From Escherichia phage vB_EcoM_G8: a stretch of DNA of 64,000 nucleotides. Position numbers and translations under genes: made by a program. Below, one piece after another: positions 29,470-39,534 of this stretch. The notes under the pieces are model-generated. The model saw only the letters and a program-made list of their open reading frames with translations, was not told the DNA's origin and ran no database searches. The DNA lies in sequence record NC_054915.1; one strand, 5' to 3'. Each line of letters opens with the position of its first letter. The first letter of the stretch is position 1.

Positions 29470-29799
29470 TCAATTAGAAAATAAATTTATCCAAGATTGT
29501 TCTTTAATTAAAAATGGCTCAGAATCATATGCCATTAAACTCTGTGTGATTAGTCCTTTAAAAGGCCCATCAATAAATTCCATGGTAAAATATGGAATTT
29601 TATTCATTAGCCGTGCATTAGGAGCAGTACATAAAACTCTGCATCCTTTGAATACACCTTTTTGTAATTTGTATTGCTTGGGATAAAATTCGCTCAAAAT
29701 GTTATTATTTGCTAAAATTTCAAAATGATTCACCAATTTATTTTTAATAGTTTTTGGCGAAAAATAAAGATATTCGAAAAGCTGAGTGTCTGTCATCAT
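29470..29799 (-). CDS. Hypothetical protein
   Basis: Start taken at ATG overlapping the upstream stop (ATGATGA); 109 aa. Confidence 0.4.
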   Translation of the reverse strand: MMTDTQLFEYLYFSPKTIKNKLVNHFEILANNNILSEFYPKQYKLQKGVFKGCRVLCTAPNARLMNKIPYFTMEFIDGPFKGLITQSLMAYDSEPFLIKEQSWINLFSN

Positions 29800-30338
29800 T
29801 GCATTCCGATTACGAAAAACTGTGGACGAGTAATACCACCAATACAACATTTAATATTACAGCAGCAGCAGTGTACAGTGTCAATATGGACACTATAAAT
29901 CTTATCCATATCAGGAGATTTGACAGGCTCATCAATTATATACAAAATTCGCGAAAGCGATAAACCTCTGAACTTGCTTCCTTTATTACCAATAAAACTG
30001 CGTACAGAATCAGTAAATAAACGAAAACGTATATCATCATTAGAATAACGCGAAAATTCCTTTTTAATGTTATTTGCAGAAATTTTAGCGTAAGCTGAAG
30101 TATTAGAAAGAACAATAACTGTTCCGCCATCATACAACCAATTAGCAGCAAAGTTAGTCACAGCAATTGATTTACCGGATTGACGTCCACCGTCTAGTCG
30201 AAGTGTGCAATACTGTTTAAGTAAGTCTTCAAATGGCGGGATATATTCGTTTTTACAAATTTCTTCTACTCTAGCATCAGAATGGTGTGTAAAAGCATTC
30301 ATCAGGGATAGATAAGGACCAGTTAAAAATGTTCTCAT
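29796..30338 (-). CDS. Small P-loop NTPase
   Basis: 180 aa; Walker A GGRQSGKS, Walker B-like ILYIIDEP; Cys-rich C-terminus. Confidence 0.5.
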   Translation of the reverse strand: MRTFLTGPYLSLMNAFTHHSDARVEEICKNEYIPPFEDLLKQYCTLRLDGGRQSGKSIAVTNFAANWLYDGGTVIVLSNTSAYAKISANNIKKEFSRYSNDDIRFRLFTDSVRSFIGNKGSKFRGLSLSRILYIIDEPVKSPDMDKIYSVHIDTVHCCCCNIKCCIGGITRPQFFVIGMQ

Positions 30339-30503
30339 TTCTTCTCTCTAAATTTGGGCCATTCCGTGGCGCATGAATTGTCCATTTCTGTATTTACCCA
30401 TTACCGCACTTGGGCTCGACCTTATTACAGGTTGGCGGGAATCCCTCATAGAATCATGAGGTCCAGGTTGTTCCCATTTTATTTGAATGTAAATAGGTCT
30501 GAG

Positions 30504-31082
30504 TTAGGAATTACGGGCTGCATTAGCAACGGCGTAAGCGTACTGGACATTAGCGTCTTTAAACGTACCTTTAGAGGTATCTATTTCTGCCTTAAAGCCG
30601 CCTTTAGCCATAACATCGGCAAATTCTTTACGGAAAGCCATTGCATCAAGACCTTTCCATGATGATTTATGCTTGGCAAATTCAAGACCAGCGTAGTTGA
30701 CAGCCTTAGCTAATTTATTATCAATAACCCATTTACCGGCTTTAGGCACAAACTTCGGGCCTTTTTGTTTAGAGAACAGTTTTAAATTCCAGCGACGAAG
30801 GTCACTGTCGGCTTTAACAAAAGCTGCGTCTAAGTTACTAGCAACAACATCTTCAATATGGGCAAATTTAAGTCCGTCAACTTCAATATTTAGATCGTTA
30901 CGCCAGCGAAGTCCTTCCCAAGCGAAGGCTTTAAAGTCGGAAGCCTTTGTAGCTAAGTACCGTTCAATAGGAGCTGTTTTAGGGTCAAAGCCGTTTCCCG
31001 ATCGGTAGGTCCACTCATCTTTATTAATGCCTTTGGCCTTTACTATAGAAGCTTCGGCAATAAATTCTTGATAGGTTTTCAT
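30504..31082 (-). CDS. ipIII: Internal protein with capsid-targeting leader (IPIII-like)
   Basis: 192 aa; N-terminal MKTYQEFIAE-A capsid-targeting sequence; early promoter at 31111-31140. Confidence 0.6.
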   Translation of the reverse strand: MKTYQEFIAEASIVKAKGINKDEWTYRSGNGFDPKTAPIERYLATKASDFKAFAWEGLRWRNDLNIEVDGLKFAHIEDVVASNLDAAFVKADSDLRRWNLKLFSKQKGPKFVPKAGKWVIDNKLAKAVNYAGLEFAKHKSSWKGLDAMAFRKEFADVMAKGGFKAEIDTSKGTFKDANVQYAYAVANAARNS

Positions 31083-31110
31083 GTGTTTCCTTGTTTGTTT
31101 TGATAGAGTA

Positions 31111-31140
31111 ATTATACCATATTAATACTTAAGCGTAAAC
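31111..31140 (-). promoter_or_regulatory. T4 early promoter upstream of ipIII
   Basis: Minus strand GTTTAC -35 and TGGTATAAT -10. Confidence 0.6.
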
Positions 31141-31143
31141 CGT

Positions 31144-31404
31144 TTAAGCTTTACTGCCAGAAATAATTCCGAAGTTGTTAAAATCATATCCAATATCGTC
31201 AACATCTACTTTAGGACTTGCTACAACATAAGCAATTTCACTACGTTTTGCACAGGTGTTGATTTCTTTACCATCGCCACCTAAGAAAGAATACCCATTA
31301 CGTTTTAATGAGCCAAAGTCTTCCGCATCACCAATGAAAGCTTTAACTTTAAATTTAGAACCTCTGGCATCTGCTTCAACGATAAATTCTTGATACATTT
31401 TCAT
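31144..31404 (-). CDS. Internal protein with capsid-targeting leader (IPII-like)
   Basis: 86 aa; N-terminal MKMYQEFIVE-A leader. Confidence 0.5.
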   Translation of the reverse strand: MKMYQEFIVEADARGSKFKVKAFIGDAEDFGSLKRNGYSFLGGDGKEINTCAKRSEIAYVVASPKVDVDDIGYDFNNFGIISGSKA

Positions 31405-31573
31405 TTTTCCTTAGTAAATTGATTTACCAAAGTATTTGTACCAAGTCGGACGTTGATCAATTTTTTCATCTAAGCGTGCTTGATTTATCGCAATGGACGC
31501 TTCGGACGGGTCATAATTTCCTCCAAGTAGTTGATGAATGTATAGTATCAAAACCCTTGGAGGAAGTAAACAA

Positions 31574-32376
<803 letters not shown>

Positions 32377-32832
32377 TTAAAAGAGGCTGTTCATTATTCG
32401 GTAAAGTGAAGGACCCATCACATATTGCCACTGAGTACGAGGAATAAGGGCAAAAGCATCCATCTCTGGAATCATAACACCATCTTTATTTTCAAAATAA
32501 GACTCGCAATGACAATTTCTGAACATCTCATGCTCTACTGGAATCGTATAATAAAATAACTGTAAGTCTTTATTACTAGAATATTTAAATACACCTAGGT
32601 CTTCTAGAAGGTCTGGATTATAATTGCTAAAACCGGTCTCTTCTGAGCATTCTCTTCGTGCTGCATCTAATGCGCTTAAATCAGAATTTTCTACACGCCC
32701 CTTTGGAATATCCCAGCGATGTGCCATCATTCCAGGCTTACGAGAACCAGTAACCCGTCCCATGAATAAATCTTTATCTTCTGTCATAAAGATAATACCA
32801 GCTGATAATGTTTTCATTTTAATTTCCTGCAT
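32377..32832 (-). CDS. nudE: Nudix hydrolase
   Basis: 151 aa; Nudix box GRVENSDLSALDAARRECSEETGF. Confidence 0.8.
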   Translation of the reverse strand: MQEIKMKTLSAGIIFMTEDKDLFMGRVTGSRKPGMMAHRWDIPKGRVENSDLSALDAARRECSEETGFSNYNPDLLEDLGVFKYSSNKDLQLFYYTIPVEHEMFRNCHCESYFENKDGVMIPEMDAFALIPRTQWQYVMGPSLYRIMNSLF

Positions 32833-33302
32833 TCGGTGATAAAATTATTTAAATTTTGAGTATATTTCTTTTCATCAAAAATCTTTTGCTGCCTACGTAA
32901 ACGCCATGGCATTTCAATGAACGTGTACCATATCCCAGATAATATTGCTGCTGTAAAAATATTAACAAGTATGGTTAAAATAATCCAATCTCCCGTTCTG
33001 TCTACTGGACTTTCTCCAAAGAAGCAAAATACAAATGATGTCACAGGAAAACTAATAATATACCACAGAATCATAATCTTATCTGTGAACCAATCAGCGT
33101 TCGTTAACTTAGCGCGACCATTATGAATACACACGAATTTATCATCTGTTACAGTAAATGGCTTAGCTGCTTGATATCCCATTCTAAACTCCCTAATCAA
33201 CAAATTTTTCATATCTTCGGAACAACCATTCCAGTCAACTCTATCAACTGAAATGCCATCATCCCCATCATCTAAATCATACCAGCGAGTTTTTAAAATC
33301 AT
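32814..33302 (-). CDS. Hypothetical membrane protein
   Basis: 162 aa; central hydrophobic helices. Confidence 0.45.
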   Translation of the reverse strand: MILKTRWYDLDDGDDGISVDRVDWNGCSEDMKNLLIREFRMGYQAAKPFTVTDDKFVCIHNGRAKLTNADWFTDKIMILWYIISFPVTSFVFCFFGESPVDRTGDWIILTILVNIFTAAILSGIWYTFIEMPWRLRRQQKIFDEKKYTQNLNNFITECRKLK

Positions 33303-33661
33303 TTAATTTTCCTACAATCGCTCACAAACTCTTCCATTGATTCTTTTTCAATATAAGACATGTAGCTATTATATTCTTTTAATTGTATTTTGTAATCTTT
33401 TTTTCTTTGCCAATTTATTTTAAAATTATCATAATGAAAATATAACATTGTACCAAAGAATGAAAATAATGAAATCGCTATAGTAAAACGAAGTTCACTC
33501 CAAACCTCTGTTATAATTACTGTGCCGTCGATGTTTAAAATAAAACAGTCAATTAACAATCCAATAAGACTACCTGCAAGAGCTGCAAATGCTGATACGG
33601 CAAGAATTAATAGTGCCTCAGGAAACGAATATTTAACTTTATTTAGTTTTGGCTTTTGCAT
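33299..33661 (-). CDS. Hypothetical membrane protein
   Basis: 120 aa; two predicted transmembrane helices. Confidence 0.45.
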   Translation of the reverse strand: MQKPKLNKVKYSFPEALLILAVSAFAALAGSLIGLLIDCFILNIDGTVIITEVWSELRFTIAISLFSFFGTMLYFHYDNFKINWQRKKDYKIQLKEYNSYMSYIEKESMEEFVSDCRKIK

Positions 33662-34056
33662 CGTGATTCCTTAACAAATTTCATAATTTCATCAAATTCA
33701 TACGCGGCAAGTTTAAGCTGATGTTCCTTTTTAATCTTTTTACACTGTGCTTTCCAATCACGTACGCGTTTACGATAATGCCTTCCTTGATACCAGTATC
33801 CTACCCAATTTACGGGTACTAATAAAAGTGGAACTATTAATGGAAGAATTAGCATTAACACAAGTATTTCGCCAGAATCAATATCAGTCATAACATCTAA
33901 AATACCTCCAATAATCAATAGAATTACAAATGATATGAGTATAACAGGACCTATTAATACATCAGTAGGAATTAGCTGACGCTTTAGTTCATACTTCACA
34001 GGTTTACTTGGAAGGTATAGTGATGGCTTTGACATATTCTCTACATTCCTTAACAA
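33643..34056 (-). CDS. Hypothetical membrane protein
   Basis: 137 aa; two hydrophobic helices, basic C-terminus. Confidence 0.45.
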   Translation of the reverse strand: MLRNVENMSKPSLYLPSKPVKYELKRQLIPTDVLIGPVILISFVILLIIGGILDVMTDIDSGEILVLMLILPLIVPLLLVPVNWVGYWYQGRHYRKRVRDWKAQCKKIKKEHQLKLAAYEFDEIMKFVKESRCKSQN

Positions 34057-34609
34057 ATTTTTCTAATAATAAATCGCTTTCAAAATTAGGATTTTCCACG
34101 AATTTATCAAAAAGATCATCAACGATAGTTAAGATATTCTTTTTATTAAGAATACGCTTATTTTCATATTTTGTTTCAGAGTCAACTATAAGAGTAAAGA
34201 AATATTTCTTTCCCTGAAATTTTACCGTAGTATCAATATAGAACAAATTTGACTTTTGTAAATTACGTTTAAACCATGCGTCACTTAAACTGTAAACGCC
34301 AAGATAATCATAATCGTCATTTAAATAACAAACTGTCCATTCAGGAGAAATGAAATCAGTAAATTCAACATCAAAATCACACGTCAATGAATGAATTGAT
34401 TCAATACTTTTAATGAGTATTCCAGGACGTATTAAAGACTTTTTACCTTTATAAAATCCAGAAAGACTTTCATCAGTTTCGTATGAAGACCCCCAATAGT
34501 AATTACGTCCTTCTGCCATACGTTTAAGAGCATTTAGTAATTGATCTGGAACATCAACCTGTCTTTGGAACTCTTCAAACATTGAATTGAAATCACTTTG
34601 CATTTTCAT
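34004..34609 (-). CDS. Hypothetical protein
   Basis: Minus-strand ORF 201 aa. Confidence 0.45.
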   Translation of the reverse strand: MKMQSDFNSMFEEFQRQVDVPDQLLNALKRMAEGRNYYWGSSYETDESLSGFYKGKKSLIRPGILIKSIESIHSLTCDFDVEFTDFISPEWTVCYLNDDYDYLGVYSLSDAWFKRNLQKSNLFYIDTTVKFQGKKYFFTLIVDSETKYENKRILNKKNILTIVDDLFDKFVENPNFESDLLLEKFVKECREYVKAITIPSK

Positions 34610-34650
34610 TCCTATTTACTCCAAGTAATAGGGGCCGAAGCCCCTTATCA

Positions 34651-35244
34651 TTATTTCAGAGAATTAATATATTCCTGGACATCGGCAGAGGTAGTTTCAA
34701 CCCCAGAAATATTGCCGTTAAAAGTTTCAACTCGAGCAAGGGTATCTTCAATATCAACCTTAGTCAGTGCTGCAATTTCAACTACATCATCGGCAGTACT
34801 AATTCCAAGGGCATTTGCCGCACGAGTTTCACGAATATATTCCAATTTAACTGCAAGTTCTTGGCGAGCATCATCTAACTCAACTACTTTCTTGGCGATT
34901 TCAATTCGCATTTCAGCATAACCGTCAGCTTTAGTAGTCAACTGCTCAGCTGTTCGGCGATATAGTAAACCGAGTTTAGCATGCATTGTTACATCTTGAC
35001 CTTCGGAAAGAAGTTTTCGAATTTCACGCTCTTTTGATTCGGCCTGTCGATTCTTTTCGATAACAAGTTCACGAATACGTTTTTCTTCATTAATAGATTT
35101 AATAGAAGCAGTTTTTAGATCTTTAATTTTATCAAGTAGTTTTGCTGCTGCAGCAGTATACTGTTCTTCAACAGATAGATTTTTAGCCATAGCAGAACCA
35201 AGTTTAGTGCGAATAAACTCAACAATTTTCTTCAGTGTGTTCAT
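34651..35244 (-). CDS. Coiled-coil protein, possibly PspA/IM30-like
   Basis: 197 aa, almost entirely helical; weak local resemblance to PspA (..[13 protein letters not shown]..); fold assignment tentative. Confidence 0.35.
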   Translation of the reverse strand: MNTLKKIVEFIRTKLGSAMAKNLSVEEQYTAAAAKLLDKIKDLKTASIKSINEEKRIRELVIEKNRQAESKEREIRKLLSEGQDVTMHAKLGLLYRRTAEQLTTKADGYAEMRIEIAKKVVELDDARQELAVKLEYIRETRAANALGISTADDVVEIAALTKVDIEDTLARVETFNGNISGVETTSADVQEYINSLK

Positions 35245-35301
35245 AGTATTTCCTTAGATTGATACAATTAGATAATATCACGTTTTTAATAGATTGTAAA
35301 C

Positions 35302-35637
35302 TTATTCTTCGTCTATCTCATCGATAAAGACGTCAATGGCCTCGATAACGGCATCATTGATAGCCAATAAAGTAAAATCATCGTCAGTACCTTTATAAGA
35401 TTCTGAAGCATTGATATATGCTTGATTGACGAGTTCCCAAGCCTTTTTAAAATAAGGAGTTTCATCATCAGGACAAATATCCCGCACACCTTCAAAGATA
35501 CGATTGGCATAATCTAACACCCATTGTACAGGCATGTTTTGAGAACGTTCGTTAAACTCTTTAAATTCCTTAGATTCAAAAAGCTCTTCAGGATAATAAT
35601 TTCGATTACAAAAAGCTTTACTAAAGTTACGTTTCAT
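35302..35637 (-). CDS. Hypothetical acidic protein
   Basis: Minus-strand ORF 111 aa. Confidence 0.45.
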   Translation of the reverse strand: MKRNFSKAFCNRNYYPEELFESKEFKEFNERSQNMPVQWVLDYANRIFEGVRDICPDDETPYFKKAWELVNQAYINASESYKGTDDDFTLLAINDAVIEAIDVFIDEIDEE

Positions 35638-35692
35638 AATGTTCTCCTCAAGCTACAGGCTCATAATATCTCAATCATGAGCCTGTGTAAAC

Positions 35693-35968
35693 TTATTTCA
35701 TATTATTGAAATATTCTTCTGCGATTTCGTCGTTATCATGGTAAACTTTAGAAGACAGTTTAACATAACCTTCAGCAGTGAACATGTTAATCACAACCTT
35801 TACAGTATACCACTGACCATCTTCATTACCCATTACTGCGTAAGTTTCAAACATCGGATGATCAGGACCGATAACTTTAATATCATTCACTGTACGACCG
35901 AAATCTTCTGAAACACATTTCATAAAGAAGTTGAACAGTTCGCCGTAATTATCCATTTCATTCTCCAA
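35693..35968 (-). CDS. Hypothetical protein
   Basis: Minus-strand ORF 91 aa; early promoter at 36001-36029. Confidence 0.45.
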   Translation of the reverse strand: MENEMDNYGELFNFFMKCVSEDFGRTVNDIKVIGPDHPMFETYAVMGNEDGQWYTVKVVINMFTAEGYVKLSSKVYHDNDEIAEEYFNNMK

Positions 35969-36000
35969 GTTGTTTTCTGTATCAGTAGTTGATAGTTGTA

Positions 36001-36029
36001 TAGTACCATGGAAGAACAGGGATGTAAAC
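36001..36029 (-). promoter_or_regulatory. T4 early promoter with conserved leader
   Basis: Minus strand GTTTAC -35, TGGTACTAT -10, same 21-nt leader as at 20778, 22219, 23917. Confidence 0.55.
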
Positions 36030-36162
36030 AGTTTTGTGAAAAATTTTTAAAAAATTTTAGGGAATTCTAGGGTCAGGAGGGGCAATTAAAAGGTAGGATA
36101 ATATTATTATAAAGGGTATAAACTAAATGATGCCTAGAGAGGCCCGGAAAGGCCTAGATACC

Positions 36163-36190
36163 AAAAAGCCCCAACCTTTTGGTCGGGGCT
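36163..36190 (-). terminator. Rho-independent terminator (copy B)
   Basis: Minus strand AGCCCCGACCAAAAGGTTGGGGCU hairpin followed by U-run; near-identical to the copy at 36697-36725. Confidence 0.6.
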
Positions 36191-36197
36191 AAGAATG

Positions 36198-36659
36198 TTA
36201 TTTGATTTGTTTAGCAGACCAAATGCGGTCTTTGATGATTTTTTGGAGGTCTTCAACATACTCTAGGTCATGAGCATGTGGATTATCTTTGAAACTATAA
36301 GCACGCGCAAGTTTCTGGCCTTCGGTCTTAATTATCAAAAGTTCTTTAAGAATTGCTTCATACCTAGAGATAATTCCTTTAGCAATATTTTTTTCTTGTG
36401 CTGCTTTAGGGTCAGCCTTAGGAGCAGGTTTACCAGAAGGTTTTTCGAAAGCCGCACCAGTAGCAACCAGGCTTTTCCAGGCGGTGGTAACATAGTTACC
36501 CACAAAGCCTTCAGCTCTCATATCGTCATAGAACTTGTACCGAGATTCGTCAGAAGCATCTTTATAAGAATATTTACCAGCTTTAATAGCAGCAGTTGCT
36601 ACAGCGCGAACATCTGAAGCGGATGCTTCGGTCATTAAAAATTGAGCATAAGTTTTCAT
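36198..36659 (-). CDS. Internal-protein-like ORF with capsid-targeting leader, in its own late-promoter/terminator cassette
   Basis: 153 aa; N-terminus MKTYAQFLMTE-A; TATAAATA (36688-36695) 28 nt upstream of ATG; flanked by near-identical terminator hairpins. Confidence 0.55.
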   Translation of the reverse strand: MKTYAQFLMTEASASDVRAVATAAIKAGKYSYKDASDESRYKFYDDMRAEGFVGNYVTTAWKSLVATGAAFEKPSGKPAPKADPKAAQEKNIAKGIISRYEAILKELLIIKTEGQKLARAYSFKDNPHAHDLEYVEDLQKIIKDRIWSAKQIK

Positions 36660-36687
36660 TGTTATTTCCTGTGTTAATTAACTCATC

Positions 36688-36695
36688 TATTTATA
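36688..36695 (-). promoter_or_regulatory. T4-type late promoter (TATAAATA)
   Basis: Exact TATAAATA on the minus strand between terminator copy A and the ATG at 36659. Confidence 0.55.
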
Positions 36696-36696
36696 T

Positions 36697-36725
36697 CAAA
36701 AAGCCCCAACCTTTCGGTCGGGGCT
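36697..36725 (-). terminator. Rho-independent terminator (copy A) at the end of the tRNA/small-RNA cluster
   Basis: Minus strand AGCCCCGACCGAAAGGTTGGGGCU hairpin (GAAA loop) followed by UUUUU. Confidence 0.65.
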
Positions 36726-36734
36726 AAGCCTTGC

Positions 36735-37030
36735 TGCAACCTTGTCGGGGTTCCACCTGCTAAGGCAAGTGTTTGTACGAAACGCCGGGACTTGAACCCG
36801 GTTATTAAGTAGTTGACGCTACTCAATATTTTTAAAAGGCCATATCTCGACCATATCCGAACGTTCCGTCAAAAACGCTACTCGGCTTATGGCAAAGATA
36901 TTTCCTCGAATCGATAATTCGGTGCGCCGTTTCTGCTGTGATGTAAGAGGGCATTAGCAGATCGTAAAGATTTGTTAATGCCAGTCCTTAAACAGGGAAC
37001 ATCAGTCCGACGACTTACCGGTAGCGACCC
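36735..37030 (-). ncRNA. Small stable RNA region (T4 species 1/2, rnaC/rnaD-like)
   Basis: About 300 nt without ORF between tRNA-Arg-proximal ORF and terminator; contains a tRNA-like T-arm (GGGUUCAAGUCCCGG); boundaries approximate. Confidence 0.4.
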
Positions 37031-37036
37031 GGTTTC

Positions 37037-37387
37037 TTAATATTCTTTTAAAGCATCAATTTGTTCACGGCGTTTACGCCATAAATCAATTGCTTCATAC
37101 GCGGATTCAACATTTCGAATTGGTCGGCATTTATATAAAGATTTGTGATTTTGATATTGTGTAGATAACGGAATTTTATCTAAAAGGTCTTTACGTTCAA
37201 AATATTCGTAACCATCTAAACCAAATGAACGATTTTTGAGAAATTGCCAATGACCATATTCGTTTTCGATATAAACATAATCTGCGTGCTGATAAAGCAA
37301 ATTAATTACGCGTTCAGAAATAACAGTGTCATTGTGATTAAAATAGAATGTTAAATCATGAACTACTAAATAAACATTACCTTTCAT
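37037..37387 (-). CDS. Hypothetical protein
   Basis: 116 aa from ATG 37387 with GAGGAA Shine-Dalgarno; ORF-track upstream extension overlaps tRNA-Arg and is rejected. Confidence 0.45.
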   Translation of the reverse strand: MKGNVYLVVHDLTFYFNHNDTVISERVINLLYQHADYVYIENEYGHWQFLKNRSFGLDGYEYFERKDLLDKIPLSTQYQNHKSLYKCRPIRNVESAYEAIDLWRKRREQIDALKEY

Positions 37388-37405
37388 ATTTTCCTCACTT
37401 ATAAT

Positions 37406-37482
<77 letters not shown>

Positions 37483-37485
37483 TAA

Positions 37486-38151
37486 TTAAAATTTCATTTT
37501 TCGACCTTTAAACCATCCTTCTGGAATTGGGTCAGTTTTCTTAATACGTTTAGAAACTTTTTCATCTAATGAATGAATCCACATCATACCAAATTGAGAA
37601 TTCTTTTCGCCCTGTTGGTGTTTATTTCTGGCGTGAGATTCTTTCATTTTATTAATAGTTTCAGGAGTATGGGTCTTACCCAAGAAAGATTTAGTATTTA
37701 AAAATTTCTCTCTATACTCAGAATTATCCCAAAGCTGTTTAAACCTTTCTGAACCCATTTTACGATATTTTTCTTTAAGGTCTGGGTCGTTCTCAAATCT
37801 GGTTTTAAAAGCGGCAGCTCCTTTTAAGGAAGCTTCTTTCTTTTTATCCAAATATTCTTTAGTGTTTAAATGGTCCCAACCACCTTCACCACCTAATTTC
37901 AAATTATAAACATCAGGGCGCTTTAAAAACTCTTCAGTCACAATATTCTTTTCTGACTCAAACATAGAGGTTTTATCGTCAAAGAACTCTAATATTTCTT
38001 TAGAAAAATTTTCTATACCATACTTATCTTGGGCTCTTTTTAATAATTTACCAGAACCCATATATCCATCATCTAAATTTTCGGTAGAATGAGCGCCTAT
38101 ATAGATTTTATTATTAATTTTATTTGTTATTTTATAAGTGTAATGGAACAT
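37486..38151 (-). CDS. segB: GIY-YIG homing endonuclease SegB-like
   Basis: 221 aa; N-terminal YKITNKINNKIYIGAHS GIY-YIG motif; sits between tRNA-Arg and the other tRNAs. Confidence 0.8.
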   Translation of the reverse strand: MFHYTYKITNKINNKIYIGAHSTENLDDGYMGSGKLLKRAQDKYGIENFSKEILEFFDDKTSMFESEKNIVTEEFLKRPDVYNLKLGGEGGWDHLNTKEYLDKKKEASLKGAAAFKTRFENDPDLKEKYRKMGSERFKQLWDNSEYREKFLNTKSFLGKTHTPETINKMKESHARNKHQQGEKNSQFGMMWIHSLDEKVSKRIKKTDPIPEGWFKGRKMKF

Positions 38152-38178
38152 AAATATCTCCTATTTCTAGGAGTATTT
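38152..38178 (-). promoter_or_regulatory. Hairpin sequestering the segB ribosome-binding site, with late-promoter-like CATAAATA
   Basis: Minus strand CUCCUA-GAAA-UAGGAG stem-loop, AGGAG in the 3-prime strand 8 nt before ATG; CATAAATA immediately upstream. Confidence 0.45.
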
Positions 38179-38192
38179 ATGTTCTCAAAATA

Positions 38193-38264
38193 TGGCCCTG
38201 GGTGGAATTGAACCACCATCTGGCGATTATGAGTCGCTTGCTTGAACCTTCCAGCTACAGGGCC
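38193..38264 (-). tRNA. tRNA-Ile (anticodon CAU)
   Basis: Hand-folded: 72 nt, anticodon loop CUCAUAA, T-arm GGUUCAAUUCC. Confidence 0.8.
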
Positions 38265-38270
38265 TTGATA

Positions 38271-38343
38271 TGCTGATTGACGGAATCGAACCGCCGACGT
38301 CCTCATTACAAGTGAGGTGCTCTACCTACTGAGCTAAATCAGC
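38271..38343 (-). tRNA. tRNA-Thr (anticodon UGU)
   Basis: Hand-folded: 73 nt, acceptor GCUGAUU/AAUCAGC, anticodon loop CUUGUAA. Confidence 0.85.
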
Positions 38344-38350
38344 GAAATTA

Positions 38351-38437
38351 CGGAGGCGATAGGATTTGAACCTATGAGTCGCCGGAGCGACTGCCGGTTT
38401 TCAAGACCGGTGCATTAAACCACTCTGCCACGCCTCC
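38351..38437 (-). tRNA. tRNA-Ser (anticodon UGA)
   Basis: Hand-folded: 87 nt with long variable arm, acceptor GGAGGCG/CGCCUCC, anticodon loop CUUGAAA. Confidence 0.85.
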
Positions 38438-38439
38438 AG

Positions 38440-38513
38440 TCTCCGTGGCAGGATTTGAACCTACGACATTCTGCTCCCAAAGCAGACGCTCTACCAAACT
38501 GAGCTACACGGAG
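38440..38513 (-). tRNA. tRNA-Pro (anticodon UGG)
   Basis: Hand-folded: 74 nt, anticodon loop UUUGGGA; abuts tRNA-Ser (dimeric precursor arrangement). Confidence 0.8.
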
Positions 38514-38525
38514 TAAATTAAATTT

Positions 38526-38597
<72 letters not shown>

Positions 38598-38603
38598 AAA
38601 CTT

Positions 38604-38690
38604 TGGTACGAGAAGTGGGACTCGAACCCACAAGGAAATCATTCCGCAGCATTTTAAGTGCTGTGCCTTTACCAATTTGACCATTCTCGC
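38604..38690 (-). tRNA. tRNA-Leu (anticodon UAA)
   Basis: Hand-folded: 87 nt with long variable arm, anticodon loop CUUAAAA, encoded CCA. Confidence 0.85.
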
Positions 38691-38691
38691 G

Positions 38692-38765
38692 CTGGGAATA
38701 AAGGACTCGAACCTTTGCATCTAGCAGTCAAAGTGCTGTGCCTTTACCAATTTGGCTAATTCCCA
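38692..38765 (-). tRNA. tRNA-Gln (anticodon UUG)
   Basis: Hand-folded: 74 nt, acceptor UGGGAAU/AUUCCCA, anticodon region CUUUGAC; 1 nt from tRNA-Leu. Confidence 0.8.
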
Positions 38766-38862
38766 ATTATTAACAAAGGCTCTCAAACAAGAACCCTTGA
38801 TGATAGAGGGTATTAATCAGTGCGGTATGAATTAATAATAACAAATAATTCTTAAAGCATAT

Positions 38863-39150
38863 TTACCATTTATGATAATACATATTTACGATGCATTCAA
38901 GACCCAAAGGATTCTTGAAAATATCATATTCAAGAGGACCTTTTTCTGTTTCAATAAAGAAATCAAAATTTACTGTATTAAATTTACGGTCTTCCTTCAC
39001 TAATTTAACTTGAGAAGATGAACGGTCAACATAAACCTTTTCAACTTCAAAACATGTTAAAACGCCATAATCATCAATCAAGGCTTTAGCCGCGTCTTGA
39101 TCATATTTATATCCATTTTCAATGGATGATACTTTAGCATAAAGAATCAT
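38863..39150 (-). CDS. Hypothetical protein
   Basis: Minus-strand ORF 95 aa. Confidence 0.45.
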   Translation of the reverse strand: MILYAKVSSIENGYKYDQDAAKALIDDYGVLTCFEVEKVYVDRSSSQVKLVKEDRKFNTVNFDFFIETEKGPLEYDIFKNPLGLECIVNMYYHKW

Positions 39151-39152
39151 TA

Positions 39153-39533
39153 TCAGCCTTCATCAACAATAGTATGAGTGTGGGCATTTACAATTTGCCA
39201 CCAATCAAAGCGATTAGAACCATACATCAGTTTGTTTTCATTTTCTTTGATAATATCACGGAGTTCATCTTCGGTAGCGGCTTTCGCGATTAAATCAGCA
39301 TATCCACCACGAGGATAATAATTATCACCTGCAAAAAGTAAAAAGTTTGGTTTAATATTATTAAACTCTTCAAGAGTAATAACTGTTCCACCAGGTTGAA
39401 CAATATCTACATAACTATATCCTAATTTTTGAGCAGCATCTACTGCTTCAAGCAGGGTATCATGAGCCCATCCAATTTGGCAATCTGGCTTTTCAGATGG
39501 ATTAGCCTGATAATCCGCGTACACTTTATACAT
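39153..39533 (-). CDS. Hypothetical protein
   Basis: About 126 aa from an internal ATG (ORF-track start 39572 overlaps the upstream small ORF). Confidence 0.45.
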   Translation of the reverse strand: MYKVYADYQANPSEKPDCQIGWAHDTLLEAVDAAQKLGYSYVDIVQPGGTVITLEEFNNIKPNFLLFAGDNYYPRGGYADLIAKAATEDELRDIIKENENKLMYGSNRFDWWQIVNAHTHTIVDEG

Positions 39534-39534
39534 T

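Noticed and set aside
29470-30338. Possible frameshifted single P-loop gene (two overlapping ORFs around a GCTGCTGCTG tract and an odd CCCC codon run)
   Set aside because: The overlap resolves as a standard ATGA stop/start junction: the upstream ORF ends TGA and the downstream ORF starts at the overlapping ATG (MMTDTQ...), so these are two translationally coupled genes, not a frameshift.
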